Shown: positions 1 through 10,240 of the stretch, one piece after another
How positions within the stretch are numbered: position 1 is the stretch's first letter
How the letters are laid out: each line of letters opens with the position of its first letter
Source of the DNA: Acidimicrobiaceae bacterium
Lineage (GTDB): Bacteria; Actinomycetota; Acidimicrobiia; Acidimicrobiales; UBA8592
Assembly (NCBI GenBank): GCA_002709645.1
Contig: PAQG01000049.1
Coordinates: forward strand, 714-64,713
Direction of reading: 5' to 3'
Length of the DNA stretch: 64,000 nt
Notes under the pieces: model-generated
What the model was told of the DNA's origin: nothing
The model's database searches: none
Seen by the model: the letters and a program-made list of their open reading frames with translations, nothing else
Program-made: the position numbers and the translations under genes

Positions 1-431
1 CGTACTTTTTCTACATAGAGATCCTTTGCATTAATTTGAGTTAAAGCCTTCTCTATATCTTCCCGATATTGCCTGCAGCCAGAGTAAGAACCAAAAGCGC
101 TCGTTACCAAAGCTAGAATATTTTTCTTTCCATCGGCATGCAGATCGTCCAAAGTATCTTTGATGTAGGGATCCCAGTTCCTATTGCCAAAATAGACGGG
201 AATGTCTATCCCATTTGTATTTAATTCAGCCTGTAGGGCTGCAATTAACTCTCTATTCTGCTGATTTATAGGGCTAACCCCGCCATAGAGGTCATACTGT
301 TTTTGGACTTGCGACAGACGTTCCGGAGGGATATTCCTTCCCGAAGCAACATTTTCTAAGAAAGGTCTAACATCATCGCTCTTTTCTGGTCCACCGAACG
401 ATGTTAGAAGGATCGCGTCATAATCACTCAT
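1..431 (-). CDS. hemH: Ferrochelatase (coproporphyrin ferrochelatase, actinobacterial type), partial; runs off the window start
   Basis: Not in the ORF track. Manual translation from ATG at 431 (TAATG overlap with the nei stop) gives MSDYDAILLTSFGGPEKSDDVRPFLENVASGRNIPPERL...GGVSPIN...YFGNRNWDPY...SYSGCRQYRED. Confidence 0.92.
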   Translation of the reverse strand, partial: MSDYDAILLTSFGGPEKSDDVRPFLENVASGRNIPPERLSQVQKQYDLYGGVSPINQQNRELIAALQAELNTNGIDIPVYFGNRNWDPYIKDTLDDLHADGKKNILALVTSAFGSYSGCRQYREDIEKALTQINAKDLYVEKV

Positions 432-1231
432 TATCTCTCCTGACAACTCGGACAGTGCCACATAGACCTACCCGCTAGTGACGTTATCTGGATTTGATTC
501 TGACACCGTTTACAGTCAAGCCCTTCTCGTTTATACGCATATACAGAATCTTCTCTTTCGTTTCCGCTTAAAGGGACGTTTCCGGAATCCTCTTTCTGTA
601 CCGTCACGATACGGTTCAATTTTCTTCCCTTTCGGAGAAGATCAACGGTTAAGTTCCAGAGTTTTTCTCCATCATGGTCTGTAATGGCATTACAAGGCGT
701 CTCAGGGTGGATACCGCATAAGAAAAGAATTTCAGACCGATACACATTCCCTATCCCAGCTAAAAGGCTTTGGTCAAGTAAAGCCGCGCCAATGGGCTTA
801 TTGGAAGAAGAAAGCCCCTGTAGAAATCGTCTAATTCCTCTAACCCCTAACCGTAAAGGGTCGGGGCCAAGTTTCGCTACAACATGCTTAAGGTCATCAG
901 CAAGTACCATCGCACATGTTTGTGGGCCAGTTAGATGCCATGACTTACTCCCATTAGATAAGCGCAATCGGATTGTGTCGGGTGGAGGCAAGCTAGGGTC
1001 AACTGGTCGGAACTTACCGATAAGCCCTAAATGAACATGCAGAATATTGCCGCTTTCCCAATGGCAGAAAAGATGCTTCCCCCATGCTTCTGATTTCAAC
1101 ATCATTTCTCCATCAACTAACGCTGCACCTTCAGAAAATCTGCCCTGCGGTGAGTCAGCAGATACTGGCGCGCCAACAAAATCTTTACTCAGGTCAGCAG
1201 CTAGACGATGAATAGTGTGTCCCTCTGGCAC
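431..1231 (-). CDS. nei: Fpg/Nei family DNA glycosylase (endonuclease VIII-like)
   Basis: N-terminal PEGH, GKHL, H2TH motif LLDQ..AGIGNVYRSE and a C-terminal CxxC...CxxC zinc finger. Confidence 0.93.
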   Translation of the reverse strand: MPEGHTIHRLAADLSKDFVGAPVSADSPQGRFSEGAALVDGEMMLKSEAWGKHLFCHWESGNILHVHLGLIGKFRPVDPSLPPPDTIRLRLSNGSKSWHLTGPQTCAMVLADDLKHVVAKLGPDPLRLGVRGIRRFLQGLSSSNKPIGAALLDQSLLAGIGNVYRSEILFLCGIHPETPCNAITDHDGEKLWNLTVDLLRKGRKLNRIVTVQKEDSGNVPLSGNEREDSVYAYKREGLDCKRCQNQIQITSLAGRSMWHCPSCQER

Positions 1232-1427
1232 AGTCAGAAACGCTAGCGCCGATCCGAACCAGTTGCTACAGAAATCAAAATTCTCAAGAAAACCAAATAC
1301 GCTCAGGTCTTCAAGTTCCTGATATTTAGATAATGGATCACGTAACCGTATATTCCTTATCGGAGAGCTGAGCCTGTTAGATTAGCTTTGTCTTCAACCG
1401 ACGATTCAAAGCTTAAGAGGAGAGTAA

Positions 1428-3362
1428 GTGAGTTTTTCAGTAGTTCAATTCATTTGCGTGATAGTGGCGATCGGTTTTGCTAGCACATATGTAATACGAA
1501 CTTCATTTGTTTTGGAAGAACGAATAGTTTTTGGTGCCTTTCTCGGGACGGTACAGGTTTCACTTCTAGGTTTTTTCATTGCCTGGTTAACCATGGTTAA
1601 TTGGCAAATGATCTTAATTACAGAGGTAGTTCTGATCGTTGCATATTTGCCATTACTGGTCAGAAGAGGATCAGTCCTTAAAGCAGATCTAGAGAATTTC
1701 TCTATACGAATCCGAGCTCGATGGAAGGATCCTTCTAGTCCAAGAATCACTCTTTTTCTACTGCTTACTTCTTCAATCGTTTCAGCAAGGATCCTTCAGA
1801 TTTCGTTTGAGAAATCATCAAGTGGCGGAGTAACGGTATCTCACCTCTCTGTTTTCGGAGACTGGTCCGCTCATCTTGCATACGCTTCGTCGTTTGCATA
1901 TGGAGATAACTTCCCTCCAGAACTCCCAACTGCCGCGGGTGAGAGTTTCTCGTACCACTTTGGCGTGGATTGGTTTGCCGCAATGTTTGTTCCATTAGGC
2001 ACAGATGTATTCACAGCTATGCAAATCTCAACATTTTTTTTAGCTGCTTTCTTTCCACCGATGTTATACCTCGGTTGCCGTCGGTTTACCTCAAATACTC
2101 GTTCGGCACTCATAGCGGTGACAGTTTTTTTACTCTCGGGAGGAACCGGTGCTTTATATCGCTTCCTGTTTGTTGATTTACCGGCGGAAGGCTTCGGCGT
2201 ACTAGGGAACCTCCCAAGAAGTTACGCTTTTGATGGTTTTGACAGGAACTGGGTTGATAATGCTGTGACTGGGTTCCTCTACCCTCAAAGGCCAACGCTT
2301 ATAGGTTTCTCCGCTGTTATTCTGGTCATTGTCTTCTTATGGGAAAATCGGTCAGTAAAAAATTCGGGGACATACATTTTCGCAGGAGTATTCACTGGAT
2401 TATTACCATTTTTCCATGTCTTCGCGTTTGGAACCATCGTACTTTTATCATTGATCTGGGCTGCGATGAGCCGACGACAGTATTGGATTCGGTTTTTCTG
2501 TCCAGCATTAGCTATAGGAATCCCGATAGTTATCTGGCAATGGCCAGATCGTGACGGGAAGAGTTGGCACTTTCTTTGGATGCTAGGGAAGTCTTCGTGG
2601 GAAAATAATCCATGGGATTTTGTCTGGTTTTGGTTCCTCAATACGGGATTGTTTATCCCGTTAGCTATCTGGGGAATAGCCAGATCAAACAAAGTAGTTA
2701 GAAACCATGCGATACCTTTGTTTAGCCTTTTGGTGATCCCCAATATCGCTATCTGGCACTTTTGGCCAGGGAACAATGCCAAATACGTCATTTTTTTTCT
2801 CCTCCTCGCATCACCATTTGTAGGTGAAGCAATCGACAAACTTCTGTCACGTGGAAGGATGAGAACATTCGCCGCTATTGGTTTGATCTGCTCTTTAACA
2901 CTGACTGGGGGTTTAGATATCTGGAGGGCTCTTGATCAAACAACAGATCCATATCCAGTTGAATATTTATCAGGAGCAGATCTTAGCGTTGGCGAGTGGG
3001 TTCGGGAGAACACTAATTCTGACGCTATTTTCGCTAGCGCAAATACCAATACTCACCCTGTTCGTGTCATAGCAGGAAGGTCTGTGATTTCAGGTGCTCC
3101 AGGGAGGTTGAATGACCTCGGTAAAGACTGGTATGGCCGCGATCAGGACCTTCGAAAAATCTATGAAATGGCTCCCGACTTTGAAACTACTCTCATGAAG
3201 TACGAGACGGATTATGTCATTTTCGGACCATTAGAAAGGCAGCATTATGGCTTTGATAATCCGAAAAGCCGTTGGGCTGAAACTGATGCCATGCCGAACG
3301 GGGCCAAACTCATTTATGACCTTGGGGGTTACCTAATATATGATGTTCGCGAGATCCGATGA
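1428..3362 (+). CDS. Polytopic membrane protein, putative GT-C fold glycosyltransferase
   Basis: Many TM segments; loop GDWSAH...SYHF; soluble C-terminal domain (WVRENT...GR...G...LRKIY...KYETDYVIFGPLER) resembling the C-terminus of the YYY protein at 5387-10093. Confidence 0.65.
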   Translation: MSFSVVQFICVIVAIGFASTYVIRTSFVLEERIVFGAFLGTVQVSLLGFFIAWLTMVNWQMILITEVVLIVAYLPLLVRRGSVLKADLENFSIRIRARWKDPSSPRITLFLLLTSSIVSARILQISFEKSSSGGVTVSHLSVFGDWSAHLAYASSFAYGDNFPPELPTAAGESFSYHFGVDWFAAMFVPLGTDVFTAMQISTFFLAAFFPPMLYLGCRRFTSNTRSALIAVTVFLLSGGTGALYRFLFVDLPAEGFGVLGNLPRSYAFDGFDRNWVDNAVTGFLYPQRPTLIGFSAVILVIVFLWENRSVKNSGTYIFAGVFTGLLPFFHVFAFGTIVLLSLIWAAMSRRQYWIRFFCPALAIGIPIVIWQWPDRDGKSWHFLWMLGKSSWENNPWDFVWFWFLNTGLFIPLAIWGIARSNKVVRNHAIPLFSLLVIPNIAIWHFWPGNNAKYVIFFLLLASPFVGEAIDKLLSRGRMRTFAAIGLICSLTLTGGLDIWRALDQTTDPYPVEYLSGADLSVGEWVRENTNSDAIFASANTNTHPVRVIAGRSVISGAPGRLNDLGKDWYGRDQDLRKIYEMAPDFETTLMKYETDYVIFGPLERQHYGFDNPKSRWAETDAMPNGAKLIYDLGGYLIYDVREIR

Positions 3363-5374
3363 AACGCCCCTTCACTTTTCCTCAGAAGGTAAATGAATAT
3401 GGTTTTCCCCTTGCAAAGTTAATCACCTTCAAACGGATCGTTCTTGTGTTCCTGTTGCTTGGAATAGTATCAAGGTTGGTTCTTTTGGGGGATCGACCTT
3501 TTCATCATGATGAAAGCCTTGACGCATGGTTCTCTCTTCGTTTCCTAGAAGGAAATTTCGGTGGCTATGACCCCGTGTATCACGGTCCTCTCCGATTTTA
3601 CGTTACAGCCGCACTCTTCTGGCTGTTCGGCGAATCAGATTTAACTGCCCGTTTACTCGCAGCTATCTCAGGAGTTCTAATTATCTATGTTCCTTGGTTT
3701 TGGCGAAAGCAGATAGGTTCAGTTGGAACAGTTGCAACTATCGGCCTAATAGTACTTAGCCCCAGCATGCTGTATTTCTCACGATTCGGGCGAGAAGATA
3801 TGTTCTTCCTTCTTGTAACATCAATTTTCGTAATTCTGCTCTTTGCATTTCTTGAATATCCCAAAGGATGGCATCCAAGTGCCTTGCTCTCTTTCTTTGT
3901 TGTTGGATTGGCCATAAAGGAATCTGTTCTACTCTCGATTTTTCTCTTTGGAGTATTTCTGCTCCTGCTACTGATACAAGAAAATTTGATTATCTCCAGC
4001 AAAAGAAACCAATCACACCAGGGAGTTGAAGAACAAGAGTTTAAGATTCGCCGTTGGACGCTCTTTTCAGGTTTAACAAGCATGATTGCCGTTCTCTTCT
4101 GGGTAGGAGACAGCGGAGGAAATGGAACTTTATGGAAATTGGCATTATATGGCGGTTTGCTTTTGGCTTTAGCAACAGGAAGCGCCGTATTGGCTGTATC
4201 AAAAAATGAAGTTTTTCCCTCAAACAGAATCTTTAGGGCTCTCAGAACTCCAACTCGTGTGCAGTGGTTACTAACTCCCTTGGTTCCTGCTTTCTTATTT
4301 ATAGGATTCTTCTCTCAGTTTTTCACATCGTTTTCAGGCCCAAATGTAACATCAGCTCCACATGGGGCACTCAGGAATGGGCTAACAGCGGGTTTTACCT
4401 ATTGGGCAAGCCAGCAGAAAGAGGGTTCCAGAGGGGACTCAAGATGGCAGTATTACCTCACGTTGCTGTCTGCTTATGAATGGTTCGTGCTCTTCTTCGC
4501 TCTGTTCGGGATATGGCAGGTCTTTCGCCAACCAAATCTCTTTGGCCAGATCACTCTATGGTGGGCTGGAGGAAATATAATTTTGTATTCTTGGGCTTCA
4601 GAACGAATGCCGTGGCTAATAATTCACCCACTTTTCCCAACAATTATTCTTTCAGGTCTTGGGGTTCAATTCTTATGGCGAAGAGCCCGTGGTCGGAAGT
4701 ATAGAGATGCTTTAATCATGGCCTTCAGCATTTGCGCTATTTTCTCAACTACTCAAAGCTTTGTAACTAATTATTCTCAAGGAGGTGACCCCCAAGAGCT
4801 ATTTGTACAAGCTGGGCAAGCAACACCAGAAGTAAAAGCTTGGAGTGGTCAACTCTATAGATCGGACCTTGCTCACTTCGCTGAATCTGGAGATCATTTA
4901 ATCGTATTGATAGACAGTGATGTGTATTGGCCTTATGGCTGGTATTTACGTGACTTCCCTACATCAACCTATGCAATCATTGAAGAACAAAATATTCCTG
5001 ATATGGCGAGAGCACCGGATGTCGTCATTGTTCCTTATTGGGATACTGAAAGAATAAACTTATCAATGGAGGAGTACGAGATTTTCCCCTACAACCATAG
5101 ATGGTGGTGGGTGCCAGAATTTGATGGGGGGGCTTCAAATTTCAATCAATTTCCTCAAGTTCTTTCCCGATGGGGTAATTGGCTATGGAACCGTGAACCG
5201 TGGGCTGATTTGGGGACAAGGTCTTCTAAATGCCCTGCATCGCTGACCGGCAACGTATTTGTTAAAAGGACGGTGATAGAGGAATCGCGGGAATATGGGT
5301 TATGGGCTAACCCGCAAGAAACGGAACTTCCAACCTATGACAATGGTTGCAATGGCAGTTCATTTCTTCGTTGA
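3359..5374 (+). CDS. TIGR03663/Agl23-like PMT-related membrane glycosyltransferase
   Basis: RPFHHDE...YDPVYHGP, SPSMLYFSRFGRED, KE, ERMPWLIIH and WPYGWYLRD motifs; ATGA overlap with the upstream gene. Confidence 0.8.
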   Translation: MKRPFTFPQKVNEYGFPLAKLITFKRIVLVFLLLGIVSRLVLLGDRPFHHDESLDAWFSLRFLEGNFGGYDPVYHGPLRFYVTAALFWLFGESDLTARLLAAISGVLIIYVPWFWRKQIGSVGTVATIGLIVLSPSMLYFSRFGREDMFFLLVTSIFVILLFAFLEYPKGWHPSALLSFFVVGLAIKESVLLSIFLFGVFLLLLLIQENLIISSKRNQSHQGVEEQEFKIRRWTLFSGLTSMIAVLFWVGDSGGNGTLWKLALYGGLLLALATGSAVLAVSKNEVFPSNRIFRALRTPTRVQWLLTPLVPAFLFIGFFSQFFTSFSGPNVTSAPHGALRNGLTAGFTYWASQQKEGSRGDSRWQYYLTLLSAYEWFVLFFALFGIWQVFRQPNLFGQITLWWAGGNIILYSWASERMPWLIIHPLFPTIILSGLGVQFLWRRARGRKYRDALIMAFSICAIFSTTQSFVTNYSQGGDPQELFVQAGQATPEVKAWSGQLYRSDLAHFAESGDHLIVLIDSDVYWPYGWYLRDFPTSTYAIIEEQNIPDMARAPDVVIVPYWDTERINLSMEEYEIFPYNHRWWWVPEFDGGASNFNQFPQVLSRWGNWLWNREPWADLGTRSSKCPASLTGNVFVKRTVIEESREYGLWANPQETELPTYDNGCNGSSFLR

Positions 5375-5386
5375 ACAAAGATCACA

Positions 5387-8300
5387 TTATTTAGAAGCTA
5401 AAGACTCTTCTTCAGTTAATACCCATAAGGCATCGTGGTTGACCGAGTAAACTTTACTCAACGCATCTTCAAAAACTATATGTAATCCTGGGTGGGTATC
5501 AATACTAGATAAAGCTACTTCAGTCCCGAAGCGTCGTTCTTGCGACCCGACTATGATGTATTTGACGTTATAAGCGAGAAGAAAACTTGTTGCGAGGTTC
5601 TGATCTGGAATTTGATACAGGTCCTGCACTTCCCGTTTTCTTTGGCTAATCATGTTCTGGTAGGCGAGTCGTTGTTGTCGTTGATGTGAAGACCAACCAA
5701 GAACGCTGGGGAGTCCAGTATGGATTGAAATCCGGCTATTCCAATCGTAACTATCTCCAGTCCACTCAACAATTGTTGGGCTACCTGCAATTGACTCTCG
5801 CAACCATTGGATCATAGGGAGATCATCGCTTATTGAAATTAATGTGGGAGGAACTTCAACCCCATTATCGTAGCGAACAAGTATTGGATTCTCCTCAAGG
5901 TATGCGATCCCATTCAAACCCTTCGGGCTCGTTGAGAATCGGTCGTCAAGTCTTGGACCAATAGAAGAAAGAGGGTAGACCAGGCCTATAAAGAGAATGC
6001 AGGTCATAGTGATCAGCCAGAAACGAGGAGGCGGGTAATAGAACAGATGACGTTGCCTTATATGGCGCTGTTTCGCATATACCCATATTTCTAAGACAGC
6101 GAATGCTGAAGCAACGGAAAAAAGTATCCAACCCTGCAGCCAGAATTTGAAGACTGTATTCATTCTCGCTACATCGTTACTAATCGTTATGACTTCGGGG
6201 CCTGCTATCACCATGAATCCAAAAGCAAATAATGAGAGTGCGGCAATTCGGGATATTTGGAAGGAAGCTAAACGTACTTCTATAAGGATGAACGAAAGAG
6301 ATATTATTGCTCCAAGCACGGCTACGGCAAAAGCCCAACCAATTAGAACACCAAGCAATATGGTGATTCCTAAATAAAGGGATAATGCAACTCTTTGAAG
6401 CAAGAGAGGGGAGATCTTGCGGGAAACATGCATAGGGCTTTCTATTCCTTTCCCCCTTTTTTCTTGGTTGATAAGGAAAAGGGTCAGGAAATAGGCAAAT
6501 GCAATGCCTAAAAAGATCCCCCAATGCGAGAGGAAGTCACTAAAGGGTGAGACCCATCGTGAACGGTGCAAACCCAGACCAAACGTTTGATTGTGTCGAG
6601 TAAAGGGGTAAATCAAAATAAGGTGAATGCAAACTGCAATCAACCCATGACGGAGTAAAAACAGCAACCGGAATTTAGGAATTGGTTTCGCAAACAATGA
6701 TCCACAAGCAATTAAAGACACAATAACAGCGAAGAGCGCCACCCATCCTTTACCTGACCCGATGGAACTAACGAAAACGCTTAAGCTTATGATTACCCAA
6801 AGTCCTGATCTCCCATGGCTGCCAGATTCTGTATCCACGGAGGAGTCAACTTTGAATGTCAAAGCTCCATACAGAAACCCGGTTAATGAGATCAACGATA
6901 ACGTTGGGAAGTCCCACGTATTAGTCATCCGAACAATTGCGAGTACTACTCCAGTCAGAGCGGCAAGTAGGTAAGCACTTTTTTTCTGCCCATTTCGGCA
7001 CGATAGGATATATGCCAATGATACGCAGATCAAAAGACCAAAGAACGCCATTCCCATGAGGTGAGGGTGGAGATCCCCGAATAGGAAAGTAAAGAAAGGG
7101 AATTCAGTAATGTCAAAGTTTCCACTATTGACTCGACTTGGACCCCACCAATCAAAAGCTTGGACTGATGCCCTATTTACCCACTCCCAAAAACCACCGA
7201 CAAACTCAACTACAGAACCTATAAAGGGCCAATCTGACAGTGCGTTCCACGTATTAGCATCCCGAAACCGCTGATGATGTCTACGAACTGCATCCCAAGT
7301 TCCAAAGATTCCGAAAAATGACACCGCCAGGAGGCTAAAGAATAAAGGGCTTCTATGATTTGGAGAACCTTCAGTGATTTTCTGTAAGTTGCCTTTAATC
7401 AGATTAACAGCGAGCGTCCATACACCCATCACGGCAAGCGCTACGAAAGTAGCGACGCCAAGTTGGAAAGCTATCTCCGGAAGCACACCGATTGCCAACA
7501 TGGGTACAGCGAGAAGGAACCAACCAAAGTAATAGTAGTTCATCGCTCCGCTAGCGAACCAAGGATCATAAGGAGGTAGGTCATTAGATCTTCCAATAGA
7601 AGTTAGGTATCCCAATTCCATCGGTTTCTCACCACCCCGATAAGACTCCCAAAGATCTGGATTCATGCTACGGAGGAATAGAATAGAGAAAAAAACTATT
7701 ACAAAAACCAATTCAGTTACAGCCCAGACTTTCCTATTTGCAATAGCTAATTGGATAAGGTCTTTTCTCCTTCTGTAGCCAATCGTAATTCCAATAATGC
7801 CAAGGATAAGAAGGGAAAGAATGCACGTTGACCTCCCGAAGTTGGCAACGTCCCAAGAAACGAGCAACCAACTAAGCAGTCCAACGGAACCAAACCCTAG
7901 AATTTTGCTTAACCCATATCCTTTATCCGTTAATGAACCGAATAATGATAATGACCATGGAAGAACTAGGAATGCAGCTAATTGGAGCCAGAGAAACCAC
8001 CAAAGCCAGCTGAAAGAACCAAGAAAGCCATTGGTAGAGAACCTTTCGTTAAAAGTTGAACCATCTTGGAGCTTTTCATTTATCTCTGGTTGAAGCATGA
8101 GAGCGTTCCACCTACCAGACCTAGGTTCTATATTCGGGGCTCTTGCTGCAGCGTATGGATTTAATATCGTTCGCGCTTTGTTGGCGTCCCAATTAGCTGT
8201 TTTCTCCCAAACCATGACAGTCGGATGATCGTAAACTGAGAAAGTTTCTTCAGTTACTCGAGATGGAAGATTTATGCCGAATAGTGATGGTTTATTCTCA

Positions 8301-10093
8301 AATGTAGCTACTAGGTTAAAACCCAAGTCCCCAGAAAATAAAGAACGGTAATACGCTGAGGTTGCTGGGTACTTTGCGGGCATCCGCGGTATAGCATCAT
8401 ACAGTCTGTTGCTTGCCTCGATGACATAATTACTTTGATCTAGTTGTTCCAAAAGAAGTTCAGGTTTTGTTACCCCAGTTTCGGAATCTACCCAACCATC
8501 AGGACGGAAAAGATCCAATTGAACGCGCTCATATTTCGTTGGATCCACAAACTCACTTGGAATAGGCAAAGAGTCATCCCAAAGTTGAGAAGTGAGTTGC
8601 GAACCAGATTCAATGGTTTCATTGATCCAAGCGCTTGCTTGTATCCGTGGGTTCGTAGAATTGTAAACCCCATTGATGAAGGCGACACCCCACACTATAG
8701 ATAGAAGCAATATGCTTCCTGCCCCGATCACGGTGAATCTACTGGTTAGGCGCGCAATCCTCCCATCATGGAAATTACTGGTTCCATAGAGATATAGACG
8801 ATAAATCCCATAGCCACCAAACACGATCGCTGTTGGGTACATTGGCAAGAGATAACGGATAAGGGGATTGAACTGTTGAGTGACTAGGCCAACCATTACC
8901 GCAATGAAAGACAACGGTGCTAACAGTACAAATTTCTCATTTCGAATGACTTCAATAGTTGCTAAGACTAAGCCAACACAAACAGCGATAGTGAGAGCAG
9001 GCCCCATGCCAGACCAGAAAATAGATTCAAATGAATAAAGAAGGGTTGTTCGGCCAACCCACTGCACTAGCCACGGATAGTTGCCACCAGTATTAACCGC
9101 TTCCAAGTAATCTAAATCAGACATAAAGCTTTGGCTAAGTTTCCCTAACCCATCAAATGCGTAGGGTTGAAAAATGCGGAAAGTAAAGATCGCCGAAAGT
9201 CCCATGGTAGAAACCAAAGAAAGCATCTCAGCTAAGCTATTAATTCGCCGCTCTCTGCCCTTAGGTACTTGTAAATACCTTTCGAACAGGAGAACTCCAA
9301 AAACTGTAAGTGGGACGATACAAACAAAAACAGCAGTAAATTTCGATGCAGTTGCTAATCCAATAAGTACTCCAATCAAAAAAACTCTAGGCAGAGTCCC
9401 TTTACAGAAGGGTGGAGCATTGGCAGATGGTAACGACTTGAAACGGTAAAGATAGATAGATAAAAGCACAATTGCGGTAGCGAAAAATGTTACCCATACT
9501 TCCGCTCCATGGAAGTGGCTGTACTGGAGATGTAGCGGAGTGAAAGTTAACAAAATGGAACTCAGCGCTCCAACTATTCGGTTGAAAAGAGCTTTCCCGA
9601 GAAGATAAATAAGGAAAACTGTTCCAGTGTCCAAAAGAGCTGAAAGTAGCCTGCCAATAAGTTGAACTTCGTAACCGCTATTAAATGATTCCTCACTTAC
9701 GCTATTGCCGTTTATATCTATCCTTGTTTTAACAAGATTTATACCTATTTTGTCTGCAAGTGAAACTAGATTTTTTGAAAGAAACCAATCCTTTTCAAAG
9801 AACTCAGCAACTGCTTTAGTAGCGAATAAAGGGAATGTTCCATAAACCCAAGTATCTTGATACCGATACGGATTCATCTCAGAATTCCTTGAATCAAAAT
9901 AGTTGATCGGGTCTTCCCACTCGATATCTGCAGTGACGATACTCCAATACCTTTCATCAGGGTGTTGATGTGTGCCCTGATCCCAATCAAGATTCCAAAC
10001 ACGTAACGTGAAAGCCAACAGCAGCAGAAAAGCTAATCCTAAACGTCGGAGAAAGACCTTATGATTTCTGAGGAAAGGCATTAAACCGGTCAT
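5387..10093 (-). CDS. PMT_2 glycosyltransferase fused to DUF2298 (Chlor_Arch_YYY) membrane protein
   Basis: N-terminal HPDE...YGTFP PMT-like module, then GGEKPME, PPYDPWFASGAMNYYYFG, ITEFPFFTFLFGDLHPH, NTWDFP and RMNTVFKF. Confidence 0.85.
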   Translation of the reverse strand: MTGLMPFLRNHKVFLRRLGLAFLLLLAFTLRVWNLDWDQGTHQHPDERYWSIVTADIEWEDPINYFDSRNSEMNPYRYQDTWVYGTFPLFATKAVAEFFEKDWFLSKNLVSLADKIGINLVKTRIDINGNSVSEESFNSGYEVQLIGRLLSALLDTGTVFLIYLLGKALFNRIVGALSSILLTFTPLHLQYSHFHGAEVWVTFFATAIVLLSIYLYRFKSLPSANAPPFCKGTLPRVFLIGVLIGLATASKFTAVFVCIVPLTVFGVLLFERYLQVPKGRERRINSLAEMLSLVSTMGLSAIFTFRIFQPYAFDGLGKLSQSFMSDLDYLEAVNTGGNYPWLVQWVGRTTLLYSFESIFWSGMGPALTIAVCVGLVLATIEVIRNEKFVLLAPLSFIAVMVGLVTQQFNPLIRYLLPMYPTAIVFGGYGIYRLYLYGTSNFHDGRIARLTSRFTVIGAGSILLLSIVWGVAFINGVYNSTNPRIQASAWINETIESGSQLTSQLWDDSLPIPSEFVDPTKYERVQLDLFRPDGWVDSETGVTKPELLLEQLDQSNYVIEASNRLYDAIPRMPAKYPATSAYYRSLFSGDLGFNLVATFENKPSLFGINLPSRVTEETFSVYDHPTVMVWEKTANWDANKARTILNPYAAARAPNIEPRSGRWNALMLQPEINEKLQDGSTFNERFSTNGFLGSFSWLWWFLWLQLAAFLVLPWSLSLFGSLTDKGYGLSKILGFGSVGLLSWLLVSWDVANFGRSTCILSLLILGIIGITIGYRRRKDLIQLAIANRKVWAVTELVFVIVFFSILFLRSMNPDLWESYRGGEKPMELGYLTSIGRSNDLPPYDPWFASGAMNYYYFGWFLLAVPMLAIGVLPEIAFQLGVATFVALAVMGVWTLAVNLIKGNLQKITEGSPNHRSPLFFSLLAVSFFGIFGTWDAVRRHHQRFRDANTWNALSDWPFIGSVVEFVGGFWEWVNRASVQAFDWWGPSRVNSGNFDITEFPFFTFLFGDLHPHLMGMAFFGLLICVSLAYILSCRNGQKKSAYLLAALTGVVLAIVRMTNTWDFPTLSLISLTGFLYGALTFKVDSSVDTESGSHGRSGLWVIISLSVFVSSIGSGKGWVALFAVIVSLIACGSLFAKPIPKFRLLFLLRHGLIAVCIHLILIYPFTRHNQTFGLGLHRSRWVSPFSDFLSHWGIFLGIAFAYFLTLFLINQEKRGKGIESPMHVSRKISPLLLQRVALSLYLGITILLGVLIGWAFAVAVLGAIISLSFILIEVRLASFQISRIAALSLFAFGFMVIAGPEVITISNDVARMNTVFKFWLQGWILFSVASAFAVLEIWVYAKQRHIRQRHLFYYPPPRFWLITMTCILFIGLVYPLSSIGPRLDDRFSTSPKGLNGIAYLEENPILVRYDNGVEVPPTLISISDDLPMIQWLRESIAGSPTIVEWTGDSYDWNSRISIHTGLPSVLGWSSHQRQQRLAYQNMISQRKREVQDLYQIPDQNLATSFLLAYNVKYIIVGSQERRFGTEVALSSIDTHPGLHIVFEDALSKVYSVNHDALWVLTEEESLASK

Positions 10094-10125
10094 ACTAAAG
10101 ACTAGATCGTCATTTGGTTCTCAAT

Positions 10126-10144
10126 GGAACTCTATAAGAGTTCC
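10126..10144. promoter_or_regulatory. 8-bp inverted repeat in the divergent YYY/nfuA intergenic region
   Basis: GGAACTCT-ATA-AGAGTTCC. Confidence 0.4.
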
Positions 10145-10240
10145 TACTGATCTATATGTATTGCACTAATTGATAGAGTTCTGTGAAACTAGTCGTGAAT
10201 ATATGGCTGTTTAATTCTGTCAAGCAGGTATTATTTGAGT

